Assembly (NCBI RefSeq): GCF_965202595.1
Contig: NZ_OZ241836.1
Span: 1,360,349 to 1,424,348 of the forward strand
Length of the DNA: 64,000 nucleotides
Direction of reading: 5' to 3'
Source of the DNA: Candidatus Poriferisocius sp.
GTDB lineage: Bacteria > Actinomycetota > Acidimicrobiia > Acidimicrobiales > Bin134
The position numbers and the translations under genes are program-made. Positions 49,752-57,289 of this stretch are shown here, in pieces (position 1 is the first letter of the stretch; each line of letters opens with the position of its first letter). The notes beneath the pieces are model-generated. The model was not told the origin of the DNA. It did not search any database and saw only the letters and a list, made by a program, of their open reading frames with translations.

Positions 49752-50304
49752 TTTATTCTGATTTCAATTCCATAAAGGTTGGCAGCATATCTTGTGCCAT
49801 TTTCGATGCTATATACCTTGGCACGAGTTCGATAGTGGTGCGAACCTTGATCTCCTATCTTATGTTGTGACTCGCGGAAAGCACGTCTATTGTTCACTTT
49901 ACTTTTAACATGATTGTTAGTATGCTCTTTCCATGCAGAAAACCAACCCCACTTATGCTTTCTGTCACCCCATACCTCAATACCTATCTCACCAACAGTA
50001 ACAAGACAAACAACGGTTGCCCGATAACCTATATTCCCCTCATTATAACGAGAAGCGTGGGCATGATCTGCACTACCTACACACCTAGCAGGACTGGTCT
50101 CTCAGTATTTATATGACTGCTGCTGTACCCGAACAACGACATATTCCGAATCAAACTGCTAGAAACAGAACCAACAGGCTCATCAATTTCTTGTGCATTG
50201 GCACTGGAAGGAAGGGCCGCAATAAAGCAGATCAAGACTGATGTGCCTAATGCTTTGAAAATTTTATTTACTTTTCCCTTTTTTGATTTCATAGTAACTT
50301 CCAA
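49706..50304 (-). pseudogene. secreted protein gene split by a frameshift near 50077
   Basis: A 75-aa ORF (50077-50304) encodes a signal peptide (…ALPSSANA-Q) and then stops. A second frame is open from about 50075 to 49706 (…RYNEGNIGYRATVVC…KWGWFSAW…) without an internal start until 49897. Confidence 0.45.
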
Positions 50305-50342
50305 TGTCTAGTATTTTTTGGAACCGAACCTAAAGTGACATT

Positions 50343-51173
50343 TTAGCAGGTCTTGAGTGGCGATGCAAGTTTCGTGGGGGAAAACATAGGCCTCAACCAC
50401 ATGGTTCCTTCATGATCCCAATACGATAATGGTATTATTCCTTGCTCGCTTGCTTTATCATAATTGTCATGAGCAAGAATAAAACCAGCCCAAGAGAGAT
50501 GTACAGCATCATATTTTTCCGCTATTGAAGCCCAACTTGGCGATATACCTTTAGAAGTACTATTACCTGGATTGCTATCGATCAAATAAAACCAATCCTC
50601 AAACTCATGAATCTCATAAATGTGAGCATTGTCGGGTACTGTGACTCTTAATCCTCGTTTTATTGCGCCGTACTCTACTAGCTCTTCTGTGTATCTTGGA
50701 TCTGTAGACCAAAGAGCAGCCCAGGTTAACTGTCCATCTGCATAAACATCTTCATAAACAAAAGAGGGTTCTTCCAGATCAACCAAGCCATCGAAGCTGA
50801 CTGACATCTTCCACGCACCTCTTTCCAACACTTCTTGCGAGTTGCGTTTAATATCATCTACTAGGTGGTCGGCAAATTTGTTGCAAATCACTTTTGCGAT
50901 TTCTATTCGCTCGCATGCTTGAGCAAGAAAACTGGAAATGTTGGTTTTCTGATCTGGATTGAACGGGCCAACCATATCAGCAGCACTCAAGATTGTTTCC
51001 AGTAATTCCCCATATGACATTTCTCGCGCATTTTCTGTAGCCCGTTCTACTGATGCTGGATCAAGGGGGGCTTGATGGGTTATAAGCTCGGGGTTACCCG
51101 CCCGCCACTCCATAATTGTGACAACTCCAGCCCCTACTGGACTGGCAACAAAATCTTCGATTGCTCTACTCAT
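50343..51173 (-). CDS. hypothetical cytoplasmic protein
   Basis: 276-aa ORF with no signal peptide and AT-rich codon usage matching the island. Confidence 0.55.
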   Translation of the reverse strand: MSRAIEDFVASPVGAGVVTIMEWRAGNPELITHQAPLDPASVERATENAREMSYGELLETILSAADMVGPFNPDQKTNISSFLAQACERIEIAKVICNKFADHLVDDIKRNSQEVLERGAWKMSVSFDGLVDLEEPSFVYEDVYADGQLTWAALWSTDPRYTEELVEYGAIKRGLRVTVPDNAHIYEIHEFEDWFYLIDSNPGNSTSKGISPSWASIAEKYDAVHLSWAGFILAHDNYDKASEQGIIPLSYWDHEGTMWLRPMFSPTKLASPLKTC

Positions 51174-51216
51174 CCGCTTACACTATCTCATTGCCCGAGA
51201 GGTGAGACGGTAGCCT

Positions 51217-51864
51217 TTGGGTATGCCCAAACCGCTGGCCCTGCACTTTCTGCGGTCGGCCGGCGATGCCGGGCAGCTCCCGGAGTCCCGCTGCGAGGTG
51301 GCGCTGGTGGGCCGTTCCAATGTGGGCAAGTCCTCGCTGTTGAACGCGGTGGCCAATCGCAAGGGACTGGCCCGCACCTCCAAGGCACCGGGTGCCACCC
51401 GGCTGCTGAACGTGTACGAACTCGACGGTGAACCCGGCCGCTGGGTGGTGGATTTGCCCGGCTACGGCTTCGCCAGGGCCCCCAAGGCGCAGCGGGCCGG
51501 TTGGCAGCAGATGATGGACGGCTACCTGCTCGACCGCCCCACGCTGGCACAGGTGCTGCTGCTGGTGGATGGGCTCATCGGCCCCACCCCGCTCGACATC
51601 CGGACCGCCGAGTGGCTGGAGCACCACGATGTGGCCCTGCGCCCGGTGGCCACCAAGGCCGACAAGGTGAAACCCTCCCGCCGGGGTGCCCGCCGCACCG
51701 AGCTGGCCCATGGCCTCGGCCTCGCCCCCGCCGATGTCCTGTGGACCAGCGCCTCCAAGGGCCAGGGCATCCCCGAACTCCGCACCGAACTTGCCGTCAC
51801 CCTCCGCTCCGATCCTTACGCCCGCACCCGGCGAGGAGAAAGTAACAAGAAGTTAAAAAGTTAA
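51217..51864 (+). CDS. engB: ribosome biogenesis GTP-binding protein YsxC/EngB
   Basis: G1 GRSNVGKSS, DLPGYG and TKADK motifs. 215-aa ORF (an ATG alternative lies 6 nt downstream). Confidence 0.9.
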   Translation: MGMPKPLALHFLRSAGDAGQLPESRCEVALVGRSNVGKSSLLNAVANRKGLARTSKAPGATRLLNVYELDGEPGRWVVDLPGYGFARAPKAQRAGWQQMMDGYLLDRPTLAQVLLLVDGLIGPTPLDIRTAEWLEHHDVALRPVATKADKVKPSRRGARRTELAHGLGLAPADVLWTSASKGQGIPELRTELAVTLRSDPYARTRRGESNKKLKS

Positions 51865-51924
51865 AAGAAGTGATAAAGTGACAAGAAGTTAAAAGCAAGG
51901 AGTCGGGAAAAGCAAGGAGGCTCA

Positions 51925-53037
51925 GTGGCCGACAACAACCCGTTCCTGCCTACTTTCGGGACTTCACCACCGATGCTGGCCGGGCGAGACGGTGTGGTCG
52001 CCAGGTTCCATCGGGCATTCGAACGGGGACCGGCCCACCCCGACTACACGATGCTTATCTCCGGCGTGCGGGGCTCGGGCAAAACAGTGATGCTGAACGA
52101 GGCCGAGGATACGGCTCTAAACCTCGGATGGCGGGTTATCTCGGTGTCGGCATCGGCCCGCGATCTGTGCCGGCAAATCACCAACGCCGCTCTGGAACAC
52201 TTGCGAGAAACCGAAGCCGGCAAGCCGTCGAGACGCATCTCATCGATGAACGTGATGGGGTTAGGAGTGGCGTGGACGCAACAGTCAACCACCGGAACCG
52301 GGATAACCGTGGATCTGCGCTCATCGCTCACCTCGCTGGCTGAACTATTGGCCCGCAAAGATACCGGGCTTTTGCTCACGGTGGATGAGATGCAAGCCAC
52401 CGAGCGTGACGAAGCCACCGAGTTGGCAGTGGCAATACAGCACATAGCCCGCCGGGAGATGCTGCCCCTGGCTTTCGTCGGTGCCGCTCTGCCCGAGATC
52501 GACGAGACACTGCTGGCCGACCGGGGAATGACCTTCTTCCAGCGCTGTGCCCGAGCCCGACTGCTGCCCCTCAACCAGGACGAAACGCAGACTGCCCTGG
52601 CGCTTCCGGTGGAGCGCGCCAAAGGACGCATCGACCACGACGCTCTCCGGCTCAATGTCGAAGCATCCGGTGGGCACCCGTTCACGATCCAACTGCTCGG
52701 CTACCACAGTTGGGAGATGGCGGGACCCGACCGCCACATCACGCTGAAGCACGCCCGGGCTGGTGCACTCGAATCTGAACAGGCACTTCTTGACCAGATT
52801 GTCAAGCCAATCTGGAGCAGCCTATCAGCCATGGACCGAATGTTCCTGCAAGCCATGTCCATCGACGACACCGACTCCGAGATCCACCGGATCGCCGAAA
52901 GGCTCGGACGCTCCCCCAACTACGTCCAAAACTACCGGCGGCGCCTCATTGATGCCGGAGCCATAGAACCCGCTGGACGCGGCAAGCTCCGCTTCACCCA
53001 CCAATCCATGCGCCCATGGCTCCGCTCCCAGCAATGA
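51925..53037 (+). CDS. AAA-type ATP-binding protein with C-terminal winged-helix region
   Basis: 370-aa ORF with GTG start and AAGGAGG RBS. Walker A GVRGSGKT, Walker B LLLTVDEM. The C-terminal LuxR/wHTH-like segment is IHRIAERLGRSPNYVQNYRRRLIDAG. Confidence 0.7.
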   Translation: MADNNPFLPTFGTSPPMLAGRDGVVARFHRAFERGPAHPDYTMLISGVRGSGKTVMLNEAEDTALNLGWRVISVSASARDLCRQITNAALEHLRETEAGKPSRRISSMNVMGLGVAWTQQSTTGTGITVDLRSSLTSLAELLARKDTGLLLTVDEMQATERDEATELAVAIQHIARREMLPLAFVGAALPEIDETLLADRGMTFFQRCARARLLPLNQDETQTALALPVERAKGRIDHDALRLNVEASGGHPFTIQLLGYHSWEMAGPDRHITLKHARAGALESEQALLDQIVKPIWSSLSAMDRMFLQAMSIDDTDSEIHRIAERLGRSPNYVQNYRRRLIDAGAIEPAGRGKLRFTHQSMRPWLRSQQ

Positions 53038-53543
53038 CCGGCACCCTGGCGAGATTGTCCATGGTGTGGTGGACTGCTCGGACATAAGCCGCTCCCACGG
53101 CGATACGTTGCTTATGAACAGCCGCGACCGGCTGGCCAGGGCGGAGTTCACCAACCAAGTGATAGCCGAGTTGGAGGCGCGCCTGAACGAACACCAGGCG
53201 CTGCGAAAGTTGCGCAACGAGCGCATCCGGTACGCGGGTGTTGCCAATCCGACTTCGTCAACACCATCGAGCTGAATGTCAAACCCCCGCACCAGCCGGC
53301 CGGCAGCGACACCGACCAGAAGAAGCCCAAACGCAGGTTGCCCAGAGCGGATCTGCCGGAGCTCATACCGGTGGCCGAGCCCGAGTGGTTTGCCGCATCG
53401 GCACTGGCAGCGGCAGCCTCCGGGGACGGCGAATAAGCCCGACCGAACGAGACATACCTTTGGGGGAGGAGGCAATTTCCCATCTCCAAGTGTGTGAGCA
53501 TAGTGATGTGAGGTGTTGAGCATCATGATGCTAGGCTTACATC

Positions 53544-53768
53544 ATGCGAACCACGATCACGCTGGCGGCAGATGTAGCAGCAGCAGTCGAGGGCTTGAGA
53601 CGTTGCGAAGGAATCGGGGTCAGCGAGGCAGTGAATCGGCTGGCACGCGATGGTCTGGCCAAGCCAAATGTCGTTTCGCGCTACCAACACGCCTCCTATG
53701 AGATGGGTGAACGGATCGACATCTCCAACATCGGTGAGGTTCTGGGTCTGCTTGATGAGGAGAGCTAG
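53544..53768 (+). CDS. vapB: ribbon-helix-helix (CopG/VapB-type) antitoxin
   Basis: 74-aa ORF. MRTTITLAADVAAAVE...SEAVNRLAR is a typical RHH pattern. It lies immediately upstream of the PIN gene. Confidence 0.8.
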   Translation: MRTTITLAADVAAAVEGLRRCEGIGVSEAVNRLARDGLAKPNVVSRYQHASYEMGERIDISNIGEVLGLLDEES

Positions 53769-53770
53769 CA

Positions 53771-54199
53771 GTGCTGGTTGATGCCAACTTGCTGCTGTAC
53801 GCCACAGATCGCTCCTCTCCGCATTACGACCGGGCCTCTGAGTGGCTGAAGGCAGCGATGAGCGGCAATCGCCGGGTGGGTATCCCCTGGCAATCCCTGG
53901 GAGCGTTCTTGCGCATCGGCACCAACCCCCGGATATATGAAAAGCCTCTCACCGCCGAACAGGCGTGGGGTTGTGCTCGGGCCTGGCTGGATGCCGAACC
54001 GACTTGGATACCACCGGTGACCGAACGCACTTTTGCCATCCTCGGTGACCTCCTGACCAGCCATCAAGTGACCACGGGCTTGATGCCCGACGCCATGTTG
54101 GCGGCGATCGCTTTCGAGCACGGATTGGTGGTGATGAGCGCCGACAGCGACTTCGCTCGATTCCCTGAAATCGGCTGGGAGAACCTCCTGATCGGCTGA
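53771..54199 (+). CDS. vapC: PIN-domain toxin VapC
   Basis: 142-aa ORF with MLVDANLLLYA (first acidic residue) and C-terminal MSADSDFARF. GTG start 3 nt after the vapB stop. Confidence 0.85.
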   Translation: MLVDANLLLYATDRSSPHYDRASEWLKAAMSGNRRVGIPWQSLGAFLRIGTNPRIYEKPLTAEQAWGCARAWLDAEPTWIPPVTERTFAILGDLLTSHQVTTGLMPDAMLAAIAFEHGLVVMSADSDFARFPEIGWENLLIG

Positions 54200-54248
54200 C
54201 CGAACCCCGGAACAACCGCCTAACCGGGCACCCCAAGCCCCATATTTC

Positions 54249-55270
54249 TTGCCTGCCTTTTATTTTTTATTAGGTATACCTTATAATTGGCTTGTGGACA
54301 GCGGCCTCCCATTGTTGCGACATCACTTTGTGAGCCTGCCTCTCTGCGGCCTGCTGCTCGGTGGTATAGCCCTGCTCAGCCTGCGTTACGGCGTTTTTGG
54401 GATCGACATGGCCACGGTGTGGGGTGCCATCTCCAATTTGTGATCAATTCCCTACGAATGCCCCGAATAGTAGTGGCCGTGCTGGCCGGAATGAGCCTGG
54501 CCACATCTGGTGCGCTGTTTCAGGCGCTGATCAACAACCCGCTGGTGTCGCCCGACATTATCGGGATCGACACCGGCGCTACGGCATGCGCTATAGCCAT
54601 CCTCGCCATGGGGCTGGATATCCGCCTGCTACCCCTGATGGCCTTCGCGGGGGCGCTGGCGACTGCGGCCATGATCTTCCTGCTGGCCTGGCGTAGGGGC
54701 TTCAGCGGGGGCCGGCTCGTGCTGGTGGGTATCGGGGTCAACGCTTTGCTCAGCGCAGTCATCACCTACCTGCTGGTGCGGTATCCCATAGAAAGGGTCA
54801 GCGCGGCTGCCCGTTGGCAGGCCGGCACCCTGGCTTCTTCTTGGAGCGATGCCCGCATGCTTGCAGTCGGCCTGGTCATTCTGCTGCCGGTGGCCCTCCT
54901 GCTCACTCGCCGGTTGCAGGTCATGCAACTGGGTGATGGCAGCGCCATGTCCCTGGGGGTTGGCTTGGAGAAAAGCCGCCTGGCGGTGATCGCCACCGGC
55001 TGCGGCTTATCCGCAACTGTGGTTGCCGTGGTTGGCCCTCTAGGTTTTGTTGCACTGTTGGCTCCTCATGTGGCCCGTTTTTTGGCAGGTGCTCTCACGC
55101 GGGGGCTAGTGATGCTCACCGCCCTGCTGGGAGCGGTCATGCTGCTGTCCGCCGATCTGGTGGCCCAACGCCTGTTCGCCCCGACCGTGCTGCCCGCCGG
55201 GGTGGTAACCGCAGCGATGGGTGGTCCCTACCTGCTATTCGTTTTGAGGAGGTTCAACCGTGCCGGATGA
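54249..55270 (+). pseudogene. FecCD/BtuC-family iron-siderophore/heme ABC permease, interrupted by a 1-nt frameshift near 54438
   Basis: The N-terminal TM1 (…LLGGIALLSLRYGVFGIDMATVWGAISNL*) is in one frame. The rest (…VINSLRMPRIVVAVLAGMSLATSGALFQALINNPLVSPDIIG…) is in another. Adding one base at aatttg^tgatc restores a contiguous BtuC-like protein. Confidence 0.7.
54270..54287 (+). promoter_or_regulatory. 10-bp perfect palindrome AGGTATACCT overlapping a TATAAT hexamer, candidate operator/-10 of the ABC permease gene
   Basis: ttAGGTATACCTtATAAT. The palindrome is at 54272-54281 and TATAAT at 54282-54287, in an AT-rich patch just upstream of the permease TM1 coding region. Confidence 0.3.
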
Positions 55271-56276
55271 TCGACCATCCAGTCCCAATCTATGGGTGGA
55301 GCACCTCAGCACCGGCTACGGAGGTCCAAAGGTGCTCGAAAACCTCACCACTGCCATACCTCCCGGCGAGATCACCGCCATCGTGGGGGCCAATGCCTCG
55401 GGCAAGTCCACCTTCTTGCGAACTCTGGCCCGTCTGCTTCGACCTTCGGAGGGCGTTGTGCTGCTCGATGGGGACGACGTGTGCCGCCAACCCACCCGAT
55501 CGGTTGCAACCCGCCTCGGCCTGCTGCCCCAGTCTCCCCGGGAGCCCGAAGGTGTGGTTGTTGAAGACTTGGTACGTCTGGGGCGCTACCCCCACCAACG
55601 CCTGTTCAGCCAATGGTCCAAGTCCGATGAACAAGCGGTGAATCGGGCGTTGGAGTTGGCCGGGCTGGTCGAGATGCGCAAACGAGCGGTAGACGAACTG
55701 TCGGGAGGCCAACGCCAGCGGGTGTGGATTGCCATGGCCCTGGCTCAGGATGTGCCACTGATGCTGCTGGATGAGCCCACCACGTTCCTGGATATAGCCC
55801 ACCAGGTGGAGATGCTGGAACTGTTGGCCCGATTGAATCGGATGGAGAACCGCACGGTGGTGATGATCCTGCACGATCTCAACCAGGCGTGCCGTTACGC
55901 ATCCCACCTCATTGCCCTGGCCGGCGGGCGAATTGAAGCGGTGGGCCACCCCTCGGAGGTGGTGACGGCGGAGTTGATCCAGCGGATCTACGGACTCGAG
56001 GTGAAGGTGGTCTCCTGCCCGGTCAGCGGCACCCCATTGTGCATTCCATATTCGCACAACCACTCATCGCCTTGGGCATGGGAAGCAACGTGGTGGCAAC
56101 CGACATGTCGGCCACGTATCCACCCGAAGCTGATGCTTTGCCGGAGATCGGCTACCAGCGGGCACTGTCCGCCGAAACCGTGGCCTCTTTTGCTCCTACC
56201 GTCTTGCTGGCCACCGACATTGCCAGCCCGCCCGAGGCGCTGGACGATATGCGTCGACTCGGGTACCCCCTTGTGA
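55260..56276 (+). CDS. iron-siderophore/heme ABC transporter ATP-binding protein (FepC/HmuV-like) with aberrant C-terminal extension
   Basis: Walker A GANASGKST, signature LSGGQRQR, Walker B LLLDEPT. The family normally ends near ...GTPLCIPY (about 56040). Here the frame runs about 75 further codons, out of frame, into the binding-protein gene. Confidence 0.82.
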   Translation: MPDDRPSSPNLWVEHLSTGYGGPKVLENLTTAIPPGEITAIVGANASGKSTFLRTLARLLRPSEGVVLLDGDDVCRQPTRSVATRLGLLPQSPREPEGVVVEDLVRLGRYPHQRLFSQWSKSDEQAVNRALELAGLVEMRKRAVDELSGGQRQRVWIAMALAQDVPLMLLDEPTTFLDIAHQVEMLELLARLNRMENRTVVMILHDLNQACRYASHLIALAGGRIEAVGHPSEVVTAELIQRIYGLEVKVVSCPVSGTPLCIPYSHNHSSPWAWEATWWQPTCRPRIHPKLMLCRRSATSGHCPPKPWPLLLLPSCWPPTLPARPRRWTICVDSGTPL

Positions 56277-56824
56277 TCCTGCCCAACGAGGCCACCCATA
56301 CAGGTGCCGGCGAGAAGATCAGAGCTGTGGCTGCGGCTTTGGGGGTGTCCCAACGGGGGGAAGAACTGGCTGATGAGCTGGATGATGCCATGCTCAAAGC
56401 AATGGTCCCCTCCGGACATGAGGGGCACCACCCCCGGGTGGTGGCCCTCTATGTTCGAGGCACGGCGGCTCAACTCGTGCTGGGCCGGTCGTCCAATACC
56501 CACTGGCTGATCCATGCTGGCGGGGGTGTGGATGTCTCCCAGGAAATGGGGGTTGAAGGCACTGCACCAGTTTCTGCCGAAGCCATTCTGGCCACTGCTC
56601 CCGACGTTCTGCTGGTGACGAAGAATGGGCTCGAATCGGTGGGAGGTGTGGACGGGCTGCTGGCCATCGCCGGGCTCGGGCAAACCCCGGCGGGCCAGAA
56701 CCGGCAAGTTCTGGCCTATGACGATCAATTGCTGCTGGGCAACGGTCCCCGGACCGCCCAGATGCTCACCCAACTTAGCAAAGACTTGAGCGCCGTAACC
56801 GTCGCATCTTCAACCAAATCCTAG
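56039..56824 (+). pseudogene. HmuT-like periplasmic heme/siderophore-binding protein, 5'-truncated (no signal peptide or lipobox)
   Basis: 261-aa ORF with class III SBP patterns (LIALGMGSNVVATD...YPPEA..LPEIGY...SAETVASFAPTVLLA; PDVLLVT). It begins inside the mature domain. Confidence 0.6.
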
Positions 56825-56870
56825 AATTTTCAATCCGATCCAATTCCTACCAACCAAAGGAGAAAAACCA

Positions 56871-57182
56871 ATGAGCATCGTCCGGATCAACGCCATCACC
56901 GTGCCTGACGGAGCTGGCGACGAGCTACTGAGCCGTTTTGAGCGGCGGGTAGGCGAGGTGGAGACCATGGCCGGCTTCGAGGGTTTTGAACTGCTCAAAC
57001 CTTCGAAGGGGAACACCTGGTACGTCTATACCCGCTGGTCCAGCGAGGAGGATTTCCTGGCCTGGGTACGGTCACCGGAGTTCGCCCGAGGCCACGCCCA
57101 ACCCAGCAACCAGCCATTGGCCCATGGTGCCGAATTGCTCAGCTTCGACATCGTGTTGAAGGCCGCACCGCCAAGTAGCTGA
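56871..57182 (+). CDS. antibiotic-biosynthesis-monooxygenase fold protein, heme-degrading MhuD/IsdG-like
   Basis: 103-aa ORF with RINAITVP...F..R......GF.GFELLKP.....WYVYTRWSSEEDF.AW, an ABM pattern. It is adjacent to the heme-type ABC genes. GGAG RBS. Confidence 0.75.
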   Translation: MSIVRINAITVPDGAGDELLSRFERRVGEVETMAGFEGFELLKPSKGNTWYVYTRWSSEEDFLAWVRSPEFARGHAQPSNQPLAHGAELLSFDIVLKAAPPSS

Positions 57183-57289
57183 AATGTCTTAACCATCAAC
57201 CCCCCCCCCCTCCCCCCGCCACCAGAGCACTTCGACAACGGGGTGATGGCTGCTGCCGGGTGGTGGTGGCGAAGTAGGGTGTTGGGGCC

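Larger units (their letters stand above)
49143..51180. other. low-GC genomic island 2 (about 38% GC by eye)
   Basis: There is an abrupt AT-rich shift exactly at the acyl-CoA dehydrogenase stop (a 4-nt convergent overlap) and again just before engB. All genes are on the minus strand. Confidence 0.75.

Noticed and set aside
49910-50116. 68-aa plus-strand ORF in island 2
   Set aside because: It lies antisense to the more coherent minus-strand secreted-protein frames, has no RBS, and has an odd composition.
54270-54287. Canonical IdeR/DtxR iron box
   Set aside because: Only the TTAGGT half-site matches. The palindrome is 10-14 bp rather than the 19-bp TTAGGTTAGGCTAACCTAA architecture. It is kept only as a generic operator candidate.
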